A program made the translations under genes and the position numbers. Below, piece by piece: positions 12,950 to 25,500 of a stretch of DNA of 64,000 nucleotides; positions within the stretch are counted from its first letter, which is position 1; the number at the start of each line of letters is the position of its first letter. This DNA is from Macrostomum lignano. Its lineage: Eukaryota. Location of the stretch: assembly GCA_002269645.1 (NCBI GenBank), contig NIVC01001726.1, positions 124,001 through 188,000 on the forward strand, given 5' to 3'. A model generated the notes under the pieces. It had not been told where the DNA came from, made no database searches, and saw only the letters and a list, made by a program, of their open reading frames with translations.

Positions 12950-14150
12950 GCTTGTCAGTTAGGTTCTACTCTTCACATTCTACTTCAGTGCTGTCATTGG
13001 AAGTTGCCCTCAATAAGCATCGATAGAATTCTATTGAACCTTTGATGAGATCTGGCAAGATGGGCCTGCTCTGGAAGCCTGTTCTTCATACAGAAGAGTG
13101 AACTCACATCGCCTTCTGCAAAGCAAGTCTTCCACAAAAGGTTTGCCCAATATTGGCCGACGCGAGGCCAGTAAAATTTGCTAAATAAAAAGTTAGCCCA
13201 TATTTGGGCATTGAATGCGATTTATAAATTTGAGATCTAAGGGTTTGCTCAGAGAGCAACGTGCACCTAATTATTGTGGATGTACATTAGTTTGATGTAC
13301 ATTATAAATAGACAAGGGTGCAACACGCAAGGTACAACAGGTACTGTCTCTAGCCGCACATTGTTTTTTCGTGGACAACCCGACCAAAAATGGCAGTGAA
13401 CGCAAACAAAGCGGCGGTAGAAACAATCCGGAGCCGGAGCAGACGCAAGACAACGTCTGTTTCGGTTGGCAAGTACTCTCGAACTCTCTTCAACAAGGCA
13501 GCAACCTAGCAAGCAGGAGTCTTCTGGATGGAATGAAGTTTTCTGGCTATTAGTGTCATCTTTGACAGAAGACTGCAGAGCTTCAGATGATGAAAAGAGG
13601 CTATAGCAGCATTGTGATCGGTAGACTTCAACCCTTATAAGATGCAAAATGTCAAACTCAGCACTGGCCGCTCACAATGCATCATCAAGGTAAATGGACA
13701 ACCAACTTTACCAATCGACACTGAAGATGCTATTAAAAATTCTTTGATCAAGCGGAGGGCAGGATGGTCCGTCGAGAAGCGCAGCTCTCTCCTGCTAAAA
13801 GACAGTTAAGAGTACCTTGCATCCTCTGGATGCGCTGGCAGGAAAAGGGCTCCACTCCGACGGCGCTAGAGGCCCAAATGTAGACCTAGGTCAAACTACG
13901 CAGGATCGAAGGAACTCAAGACAATTGACAAACTTAATGACAACTAGAAGTCTTGGACGCACGCGCACAAAGAAAAGGCCCAATCGCTGGGCAAGAACCC
14001 ACGCCTTCCTTCTGTCAATTGCAAACGCCAATTTGTTTAAAACGCCAGCCAAGCAAGCAGTCAGAACCAACCGGACTGGCTGCCAAAAAACCCAGTTACC
14101 TAATTAGATGGGACAATAATAGATACAGCATGGAATATAAAATCTAGTCT
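12950..14150. mobile_element. Highly decayed non-LTR (LINE) reverse-transcriptase fragments
   Basis: Minus strand: PCVLHPCLFIMY (resembles QGCVLSPCLF motif) and VEDLL/FAEGDV across a frameshift (resembles LLFADD). Plus strand near 13680: IKVNGQPTLPID. Many stops; weak recognition. Confidence 0.4.
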
Positions 14151-15431
14151 ATGTATTCGGTATCGGTAAGCTGTGCATAGTCAAGTTTACAAATTCACAA
14201 ATTACACATGGCAATAGAGCCATTTGAATTCATGTAAGCCAACATAAGATCAAGACATTGTCTGGAATATGGAAGTGAATATTAAACTCAAATAATTCCA
14301 GGAATTTTAATTTTCAATTACTGGACACTGTAGCAGTCGTGTAACTCAAATCAGAAAGCTAGTGCTCAAAATGTCTAATAAAACAGTACGTCAGGTGAAT
14401 TTCATACTTTGATTTTAAGCTTGTTGATCCTGCACCCTTTGATTTTGTTTTTTTGTTGTTTAAAATGTATTGGCAGGAGATCTTAATAGAATTTGTTTAA
14501 AATGATATGTATCACACCCTATTATAAATCATATATAGTTTACTCAGTTTTATATTTTTAAATTTCAGCTATCTATAACCTCTATAACCCAGTCAATGTT
14601 ATATACATAAAAATGATTAATCGTAATTCTTGATTTTATCCATTTTAAAAATATTTCAATTGAGATTTACTGAGACCATTTGTTGAGCAGTCGATAATAA
14701 TTGGGAATTTCGTCAGTTTTTCTTACAAACATTCCAGTTTTGTTATTTTACTAACCCAATTCAAATCTGCCCCTAAATTTTGAAAATCACCGAGTTGCGT
14801 CTTGAGTACATCTGCGTCACTTTATATATTAGAATCGCATTCCGCATTTATATCAACTCTATTTAGCCTACTTAAGCCAGTAAGAAGTTAAGCGCAGATA
14901 AAACGACTCTTGAATGACTTTTTCGCAAGTTTTTCAATTTATCAACTCATGTGATGCACCTGTGACTCAACAGTCGCCTATCCGTCGCATTACAGTCATT
15001 TGAGTCATTAAAAGTCACAAGAATCGCCCCCCCCCGAGTCGCTAGAATAGTCACTAGTGAGTTGTTTACAATGACTTTTCAGTGATCCTTGTCACGGGTA
15101 GCGTTTTAAATGGGATCACACGGTTTGCCGAGCTACATGCATGTATACCTCCTTTAGATGGAAAGCAAGTTGTATTGCCTATATAGTCATCCATTGCTCA
15201 TTTTGTCCGAAGTGAAGAAACCTTAAATAGGCCTCCTAACACAACAGCCTACGAGACGTAATAGCTGTAAGCTTACAACTGTAGACGAAACAAACTAATT
15301 TTATAAAAATTCGATAACTATTTCGTCAATATTGTACTACTCGTATGACTGATCCTTAGACTAGTGCAGGAGTAAACGTGTAAAATTACTAATCTAGCTA
15401 GTTATATATCATCAGCATTTCAGGCCTCCCT

Positions 15432-18400
15432 TCACTGACCGATGCCGAACTCCAGTCGCAGAGCTTCAATCAGATGGTCGCAGCCGAAAAACAGCGATTC
15501 ACCCAGGCGCAAGCACAGGGGCAAAAGCGAATTCCGAGCTGGAATCGGCAGGCCGCTAAATTCCAGTACACTGCGCCATTGTGCGATACCGGCTTGAACA
15601 CCTGATAGGGTAAAATGAAATTCACAATACTTTATATTAGACTAAGATAGACAAATTAACCTAAGATGAAAACTTCCCCTGTGATCGTATGAGAAAGTTG
15701 TGCTAAGCAAGAGCAGGAATTCGTGCCACAATGCGCTCGCAGACTCCTGAGCACACAAGCGCGCCAATGCTGTACGCAGGCACGGCACTCATGCACACGC
15801 TCACACAGGGTGCACATCGGCCCTTAAGCTTCTAATTGTCAAGCGTGTATACTCTCTGTGCCTCGGGGGGCAACCGTCGGCCAGTCTTGGGTGCGCACCG
15901 AATCAAAGCAGGGGTCGTGGCGCGAGTCGGACTCGTTTACCAATCCAAGAAGATGCAAAAGAAAAAAGTTCAGTTCATGCTCTTGAATTCTGATCTATCT
16001 CAGAAAAATTTACAAAAAGCACGGGTTTTGATTGAGTAATGCCTTGAAAAAAACCTGCGCTTTATTGATATCCTATTGATATCCACTTTTAGTGGATATC
16101 GGCGCAGAGAACAAATATCAATCCAATGAAACAACCCGACGAAAGTACATAATTGGCCTCTCACCAAGCAGTCCGTTAGCATTCAATCGCAGAGTGTGCA
16201 GCAGACCCAACAGACAATGCCCATGTGCTGGACCCAAATTCAATGGCGGCATCTGGGCACTGTCCGGCCAGAGCTCGGACGCAGCCGCCGACTCCAGATG
16301 GCGCAGATCGGCCGTTGGTTTTACGCGGCGAATGAAAGCGCAGGCGTGAAACACCACCGCCTCGGCGAGTTGCCGGCCACCGGTGCAGGTCGCCTCGGCT
16401 AGCAGACGGCCAACACTGTCGGTGTCGTGCGATCGCAGAGCGGTCGTTAAAGAATTTAGACAGGCTATGTAGCGGTCAGTTTGACAGTGAAAAGTTGGAT
16501 CAATGATAGCCCTGAATCTGTTAACATCGGTGGCGAGTTCGCACAACTCTAGCTCGGCAATCAAGCAGCTGCATCTGTAATCCAGGCGAGCTATCTGTGC
16601 AATTTCGCTGCCGCGGCTCAAGTGTCTCAAGCGCTCATTTGCTAACGCCCAGAAGGCGCGCTCAAGACCGGCGTTCACAGCCTGCACCTTGTTCGAATAG
16701 GTGAGACTGCGACCGTGATGAAGCACGGCGGTCTTCACCTTGGCGCTAAAACTGCTGCAGAAAACTTGCCGGCTATCAATAAGTCGATGCTTAATTGTCC
16801 TTGTCAGAAGCCACTTTTCGGCATCAGGTGACGGCGAATAATTCAAAGCCAAATCCTCAACAACCAAAGCAAGATTGCTGAGCTCGGGAATCCTTCGAGA
16901 ATTCGCAGTCTCAAATCGATGAAGCGTCAGCACAGAAATTGTATCCGATGTCAACGGTGGAGTAGCCCAATAACCGACATCAATAATTGCGTCTGTTTTG
17001 AGTCTAGCAGTGTAAGCAGCGGCGAATTCCTTTAGAGACTGCGAATACACAGACGGGCGGCACAGACAGCCGGCATGCGCCATAGCGACCAGATTTGGTT
17101 CCATCTGCACACTAGTGCGACAGACGACAGCTCGATGCACAAAGCACAGATCAACTGGACGGCCAATCCCGCCGCTGGCTAAGGACAGCAGGGCCGGACC
17201 GTGGCTCATGACAAGCCGAAGGACGGCGCAAGCGCTGGTGTCAGACATTGCTACTAATATTGAGCGGCACGAGGGCCAAGTATCAATCAGATGTTCAGCT
17301 GGCAGTTGAGCCAAGTGTACTAAGCGTCGAAAAGCAAGGTAAACCTCTGCCGGTTGGAATGCCAATTCGTGTTGATAGGCCAAATCACCTGCATTGACGA
17401 TGCCCATTAGAGCTTGGTCAATATTGTTGATAACATCCACGGCTGGTCTGGAGCTATGCACAAAACGTTGAAACATAATAAACTGCTCGACAGCCAGACT
17501 CAAAGCAGGCTGCACTAGCCGAGTTGTGTCAACACGAAAGCAACGAGCCGCAACAATGCTTTGATAAAGTCTCACGCAAGACAAAATGTCAGTAGGCGAC
17601 AGACGAAGCAGCAGGCCAAAGTACAAATGGTCAGTGCATCGGCGACAATCGTACAGGGTTGACAGCAGCGCGTTGACAACTCCGCGTGGAATGCCACCGG
17701 TAGCAAAGGCGCGAGTTAGCATATGAGCAAAGCCGAACTCAAGACAGGCGTTGAGCATGTACTCGCTCTTCTCTGCAGGCTCCAACGGCCACACATTCAG
17801 TGCTTTCCGAAATTCTTTTAATGCAACGCTAAAGCAGCCTGTGCTAGATGGATCGATGCTGGACAATTTGTCTAAGCACGCTTGCAGGCGAATCCAGTAG
17901 AGCGAGCTGCGCTCGTCCTTGTTAGTAGGATAGCTTAAATTAAAATTGAACGAGTTATCATTCAAATCGGAGCTATAAAATAAATTTCAATTCAAAATTT
18001 TAATAATAAATCAATTTGGTCCTACCGAAACAGAAGTGGCCAAAGAGGACTAGCAGTCAGTTCTGCATAGATATCCGTGTGTATGGCCGTTGCTGGATTG
18101 TTTCTTGTTAGCAACAATGGCGGCTGCCGTACAGGTGGCGGCAGTGGCTGCCGCACAGGTGGCGGCTGCCGCACAGGAGGCGGCGGTGGCGGCTGCCGCA
18201 TAGGTGGCGGCTGTCGCATTGGAGGCGGCGGCGGCTGTCGCACTGGAGGCGGCGGTGTCGGAGGCCGAGGAGCTTCTTCAGTTGTATTGTCAAGTAGGCT
18301 TTCAATTCCTTCAACATCGTAGACCAGCTCATCGGCCTCGTGATGCATCATTAGATGGTCCATTGGTGCCGGCTGATCTGTCGGAGTCGCCGGCGGGTCA

Positions 18401-19050
18401 GTCGAAGTCGCCGGCTGATCTGTCGAAGTCGCCGGCGGATCTGTCGGAGTTGCCGGCGGATCGCTTTCCGTCTGACTCGCCAGCCGAGGCACGGAACCGA
18501 CAGCAGGTTCATTCGGCTCCGATTTAATTTTAACTGTTTCTGTCGAACACTCAGCTGCCGCATCATTCAGTCCGAGCTGGGCAAGCCGCCGCCTTAGCGC
18601 AGCCCGCTTAGCCGGAGTGAATGCCGCATCCAAGCTCTTGGCGAGCTCTTCCTGACTAACCGACAAGCCGCTAAGACATTGGGCGCTGGATGCTAAAAAT
18701 CGACGCCAAAGTTTATCGACATCGCTAGAGCAAGAACAGTCTGACGAAGCGACAACAGTGACGGTGCTATTAAACACCGACAACGCGAGTTGCGGCAGTG
18801 CCGACTTCAGCTGTCCAGCCGTCAGCGCTGACAGGCGCTTCTGGCAGGCGCCGCGCAGTCTCTGACTGGCGGAATCATTAACAAAGCCAGCAGCTAAGAA
18901 GTCAGACACATCCTGACGCAGTCGATCGTCTAGCACAATTTTAGTCAGCTTTGCGGAGCTACGCAGCAGCAGTTTGGGCGCTTGGTTCTCCTTGCGCTGT
19001 CGCTGTCGTCTAGTTGTTGGCGCCTGTAAGTCAAGAAGCATTAATGCCAT
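15432..19050 (-). CDS. Orphan protein C, about 1000 aa, three exons, Pro-rich repeats N-terminally and helical Leu/Ala/Cys-rich body
   Basis: Exons 19050-18026 (donor CG|GTAGGA), 17972-16165 (acceptor TTTATAG|C after a 53-nt intron; donor G|GTGAGA) and 15601-15432 (acceptor CTATCAG|GT, ends ...EFGIGQ*). Total 3003 nt, in frame. The 5' end is uncertain because an in-frame acceptor TTACAG|GCG lies at about 19023. Confidence 0.8.
15715..15935 (+). repeat. Dispersed repeat family, copy 1 (intron of orphan C)
   Basis: Shares GACTCCTGAGC...GCAC(G/A)GCACTCAT...CTCACACAGGGTG...CTCTCTGTG...GGGGTCGTGGCGCG with 43460-43740 and, inverted, 63285-63410. Confidence 0.8.
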
Positions 19051-19598
19051 GAAAGTTTGGAAAATTTTTTAGAAAATATAAATTGCAGCAATACGCAAGA
19101 AGACTCCGACCCGCAAAGCCTCTCTATCCGGCCCTCTGGTCCTTTGAAACTTCACAATAGCAATGCGGCCCTCCCAATGTTTATATCTCTTCTCAGCGTT
19201 CTTCTATCTTATCTCGTCTCTCTTCTCCATTCCTCGCCTCTCCTTTCCTATCCTCTTCTCTTTCCTCCCCTCTCCTCTCTCGGCTCATTCCCGCTGAGCT
19301 CAGGATGTACATCAGCCCTAACTTAATCACAATCAGGTAGTTATGCATGCTCTGTGCCTTATGGCTTGGTCTAACAGGCTACGGGCAGATTCCCAAGCCA
19401 CAGGGTGTCAACAACGGAAAAGTTCAAATAACATCCCTGAGACTAACTACAGATTAACGAAATACAATCTTAAATATCAAATTAAAAGATCCAATCTTGC
19501 AAAAAATGAAAGTAATCGAAAGCTCAAATTAGTAAAAAAATGTACCAACAGGAATTCAATTGTATTTCTTTGATTAGTCAATTAGCATGGAAAATTTC

Positions 19599-22500
19599 CT
19601 AGGTGGCATTAACAACGCGAGGCAGATTTGGATCGAAAATTGACCAGCGACTACATTCGAGATCGAAGTAGACAGCTTCCCCGTCTTGCAGCATAGACTC
19701 AAGCTCGTCAGCTAAATTAGCATCCGGGTCGACTGGCTCGCTCAGGTAGGCAGCTTCAAGCTCCTCTGGTGTCGGCTCGGGCGGAGCTGGCATCATTGCC
19801 GCTGGCAGATTCTGAGCGGCCTGCTGCTGATAAGCCGAATAAGCGGACTGTGGCGGCAGCGGCGGCTGATACTGAGACGAGCCGCCGCTGTACATGTGAG
19901 CATAGTAACAGGCCCACTGGTGCGCATAGTACGGCCCATATTGCGGCAGATAGGATGCATAGGCCTGTTGATAATAAGCGTAGGCTGGGTCGCTAGGCAA
20001 CGGCGGCACGTCCATACTGCCGGCTAGATGAGGCGGAGGCTGAGGCGGCGGCGGCACACCGGCACTGTAATAGCCGTGCGACGGCCCTGAGCCTGACGGA
20101 GCAGCCACAGCCGGATTATCGGGCCGTTTCGGTGCAGCTAATGACACTCGAATCGGTTTGCGGCCCAGGTGAGGATAATTCTGCATCTCAGTCATGGCTC
20201 GCTTGTGATCCTTCTCGTCTGTGAACCGCACGAAGCCGTAGCCGCGACTGCGGCCATTGTCTAGTACAACCTGGAGGGCGGATTTGGGGGTGGAGAACTG
20301 CTTCGGGTTGGCATCTTAACATTCCTGTAAGAGTAGTAGGGGCGATTCTTATAGTCAGCTTTGATGGGCGATTCTCATAGTCAGCTTTGATGGCCGATTC
20401 TTATAGCCAGCTTTGATGGCCGATTCTTATAGCCAGCTTTGATGGCCGATTCTTATAGCCAGCTTTGATGGGCGATTCTCATAGTCAGCTTTGATGGCCG
20501 ATTCTTATAGTCAGCTATGATGGCCGATTCTTATAGTCAGGTTTGATGGCCGATTCTTATAGTCAGCTATGATGGCCGATTCTTATAGTCAGCTATGATG
20601 GCCGATTCTTATAGTCAGCTATGATGGCCGATTCTTATAGTCAGCTATGATGGCCGATTCTTATAGTTAGCTATGATGGCCGATTCTTATAGTCAGCTTT
20701 GATGGCCGATTCTTATAGTCAGCTTTGATGGCAGATTCTTATAGTCAGCTATGATGGCCGATTCTTATAGTCAGCTATGATGGCCGATTCTTATAGTCAG
20801 CTATGATGGCCGATTCTTATAGTCAGCTATGATGGCCGATTCTTATAGTCAGCTATGATGGCCGATTCTTATAGTCAGCTATGATGGCCGATTCTTATAG
20901 TCAGGTTTGATGGCCGATTCTTATAGTCAGCTATGATGGCAGATTCTTATAGTTAGCTATGATGGCAGATTCTTATAGTTAGCTATGATGGCCGATTCTT
21001 ATAGTCAGCTATGATGGCAGATTCTTATAGTTAGCTATGATGGCCGATTCTTATAGTCAGCTATGATGGCAGATTCTTATAGTTAGCTATGATGGCCGAT
21101 TCTTATAGTCAGCTATGATGGCCGATTCTTATAGTCAGGTTTGATGGCCGATTCTTTTAGTCAGCTTTGATGGCCGATTCTTATAGTCAGCTTTGATGGC
21201 CGATTCTTATAGTCAGGTTTGATGGCCGATTCTTATAGTCAGCTATGATGGCCGATTCTTATAGTCAGCTTTGATGGGCGATTCTTATAGTCAGGTTTGA
21301 TGGCCGATTCTTTTAGTCAGCTTTGATGGCCGATTCTTATAGTCAGGTTTGATGGCCGATTCTTATAGTCAGCTTTGATGGGCGATTCTTATAGTCAGGT
21401 TTGATGGCCGATTCTTATAGTCAGCTATGATGGCCGATTCTTATAGTCAGCTTTGATGGGTGATTCTTATAGTCAGGTTTGATGGCCGATTCTTTTAGTC
21501 AGGTTTGATGGCCGATTCTTATAGTCAGCTATGATGGGCGACTCTTTTAGTCAGCTTTGATGGGCGATTCTTATAGTCAGGTTTGATGGCCGATTCTTAT
21601 AGTCAGCTATGATGGGCGACTCTTTTAGTCAGCTATGATGGCCGATTCTTTTAGTCAGGTTTGATGGCCGATTCTTATAGTCAGCTATGATGGGCGACTC
21701 TTTTAGTCAGCTTTGATGGGCGATTCCTATAGTCAGCTTTGATGGGCGATTCTTAATGTAAATTTTGGGCGATTCACAAGGTTAATTTTGGGCGATTCAC
21801 AAGGTTTATTAGCCCTAATTAGGGGCGATTCCCAGGGTTAATTAGAGGCGATTCCCAGGGTTAACAAGGGGCGATTCCTAGGGTTAATAAGGGGCGATTC
21901 ACAAAGTTAATCGGGGGCGATTCCCAGGGTTAATTAAGGGCGACTCAAAACTTCAATTATTTTAGATTTCCCAAACAAGTTAAGGCGCCTTAAAGAACGG
22001 CACAGGACGTACAGGCAAAGATAATAAACTAAAAGATAGCAAAGATATTGGTGGACAAACCTTAGCAGACCGACACGAAGGATACCGCTTGAAAGCGTTG
22101 AACAGAGCCAAATCGTCGACATCTTCGCTTAGCTCGCCGACAAACATGGAGAATTCCTGCACGTTAAGGTGCTCCTTACCGTAGCTGGCATGGTTCAGTT
22201 TGAATCGCCTTGGCGGACTCGAACCCGGGATCTCTTTGCCATTTAGTTTCAGCATTGCATTCCGGCCGTCTTCGATATTGTTGAATTCAACAAAGCAATA
22301 GCCAAGCGGTTGCATTGTTGTCTTATTGCGAATGATCTTCACTGACACGACATTTTCACCCATGGCCGTGAATGCCTGCTTGATGAAGTCCTCAGTCATG
22401 TACAGGTCCAGCTAGATGGGAGAGATAAAGAATGGAAACATAATTTTTGGGATTGATTAGTATTTGTAAAGTATATGTACATTTATTTTACTGTTATTAG

Positions 22501-25500
22501 ACTTTGTTCTTATACAAATAACAAATAACAAATACAGATAAAATAGACTTAGGTTAAAACCTCAAACCTCCTATAGATTCTTCATAGGAATATGTTTTAT
22601 TGGACTTTTTGTTTATAGGTATATAAGTACTTACAATTTTCCAGCTTTAATGAAACTTTTGCCTGGGACTAAGTGGGCTGCCAATATGAAAAAATTAAAA
22701 AATGTAAAGAATGCTTTTTCTAGTGGTGACAGGACTTCAATTTATAATCTTATATACTATAAAGAATAATTTGATATACATAGTTTCATTTTTAATGATC
22801 TATTTTTAAGTCAGACACTTTTTTGGAAATACAGTCACTTAGTAAAAATAAGCTTTGTAAAGCAGTCAAATTGAAAAAGAGAAATAATTTCAGAAATTTT
22901 GTACAATGTTGCATATGATAGGTCAAATACTGAATTCACTTATTAAATGAAAAAGTGCCATGTCACTGTTTGTTTTTTTATTATTTTGCCATGTTACAAT
23001 GTGCTATTCATCTCTTACTTTCTAATTTGCTAACTATCAAATGGTGCTCTAAACTACAGGGCTATCTCAAAAGTAGAGTTTTTTTTTCTTGAGCTCTGTA
23101 ATGAGCTCTTTTTATGCATGCAAATTTAGGTTTGGTATAAAATAAAGTTAGCACATTTAGTTAAAATATATTAATAGAAATCCTCATTGAGTACACAATG
23201 AGTACACAAACACAATCTATGCAATATTTCTCTATGCTTTTCTTGATCAGGCATTCATAAGAAGGAGCTAGTATATTTGTATCTGAAAATTTTAGGACAA
23301 ATTCAAAAAATTCTTATACCAAAAAACCATATGATAGTTTGATTTTTTCCTTAATATACTTTTGTATACACAGTATTATTCTAACATTTTTTTAAAATAT
23401 ACAAAACATACATGTAAATCTTCACAAAAAACTCAACACAGTTATTAAAAAAAGCTTTTTATCAGTAAAATGACCAACTTACTGACCATATTCAGGATCA
23501 TGGCACACCTGCACTTGAACAAATCCTATCAAAAAAGTTTAATTTAATTGATTGTGCCATGTGCCAGAATAAATCCGATCAAAAATTTTGCATATGCTAT
23601 GCATTGCAACTATTCTTATCAAATATTTGGTTGGGGAGAAAGTTCCCGCGGTTTCTAGAACTTTCTGTCTAAGAACTTTCTGGAACATTCTAGAGCCCGG
23701 CTGTGTGGGTATATATTGAGGGTGGGTGTGTGTGATTCTAACATGCTATTTAAACCAAAGAGATTACTCACTAGTCACCAGCATTATGGATCTCTCTCGG
23801 GCCTATATTTGTGGTCTCCTGCTCTACGACTTCAAATCTGGACTGTCAGCCGCAGAATCCAGCCGTCGCATCAACGCTGCATTTGGTGCGGGTACCGTGT
23901 CTGAACGCACTGCCCAGGACTGGTTTGCGCGGTTTCGTCAGGGAAATTTTAACCTCGAAGATTTGCCCCGGTCAGGTCGTCCTTCCGAGGTTGATGACGA
24001 CCGGCTGCGCACACTCGTAGAGGCTGACCCTCGGCAAACCACGCGTGAGTTAGCGCAAGTCCTTGATGTAGACCATAAAACAGTCACCAGTCATTTGCAT
24101 CAGCTGGGCAAGGTGTACAAGCTGGCACAATGGGTACCCCACCAATTGTCAGATTGGGACAAGGAGCGCAGGGCAGAGGTGGCCACTTCTCTCCTCTCCT
24201 ACAGGCGCACGCACAACTGGCTGAAGTCCATCGTTACGGGCGATGAAAAGTGGTGCCTGTACGTCAACATCAAACGTCAACGATTATGGGTTGATGCTGA
24301 CGCGACGCCTGAGCTGCAGCCAAAGGCCGGACTCCACCCACGCAAGGTCATGCTGTGCGTGTGGTGGGACTGCAAGGGCGTCATCTACTACAAACTGCTG
24401 CCACCCAACACATCGATTACGGCCAACCTATACTGCCAACAGCTGGACCGATTGGCCGCCGCCATCGCACAGAAGTGTCCAAACCATGGCCCGGTACGAT
24501 TCCTCCATGATAACGCTCGTCCACACACTGCTAGGGTGACTCGCCAAAAGCTACTGGACCTTGGCTGGGAATTGGTGCCCCATCCACCATATTCACCAGA
24601 CTTGGCACCAAGCGACTATCACCTGTTTTTGTCTCTGGCCAACGCCTTGAACAACAAAACCTTCGCTGATGATGAAGAGCTCGATAACTGGCTGAACAAC
24701 TTTTTCACTTCAAAGCCAAAGAAATTTTACAGTGACGGTATTATGAGTCTGCCCAAAAAATGGCAGAAGGTGATCGATTGTGATGGTGATTATTTTATTT
24801 CTTAATTGGCTTTTTGTTTAAAAAAACTCAGTTTGACAGAAAGTTCTAGAAACCGCGGGAACTTTCTCCCCAACCGAATAAGTCTGCTTGCATTGTATGC
24901 TAGAACTTTTTTAAAGAAATAAAAACAGAAAATTCTATATTTTCTATAATTTTTATATGTCTACATTTGAAAGATACTATTAAAACTTAAATTTGAATCT
25001 GTTTCATAGAAATTGCAATGTTAATGTATTTTAATTAAAAAAGCCATCAATATACAAACACTGGTGAAGAAAAAATGCTAATAAAAAATATATGTTGGTG
25101 TTTTGTTTGCAAAAATATTGTCTTGCTGAAAGTTTTTTCTTGCAACAAATTGTGCTAATTTTTTGTCTTGCACTATACTGTGCTGGATTTTTTCCCTTTT
25201 GCACTGGGATTTTCTATAAAAAAAGCCATTGTAGTGCATTGCTATGTTGGGTTTCTCCTTTGCTCTCACTATAGCCTTCCCCCATGTGCCTTGGCATTGT
25301 GTGTATGCCCTTGCACTATTATGCAACAATGGCACATTGTGCTCACTAGCTTGCATGTACTCAAACTAGTATATATATGCTTAAATATATGGCCATGAGA
25401 GACCAAGTTCTGCACCCACACAAGCGCACTACAGCCGTCTTCCTGACTATGTCTAAGGCTTATTGAATCTCTTATTTTGGTGTAAGACCAAGATGGCCAC

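Noticed and set aside
20345-21750. Regular 24-40-bp repeats resembling CRISPR arrays
   Set aside because: Units are head-to-tail with no unique spacers, there are no cas genes, and the context is eukaryotic introns.
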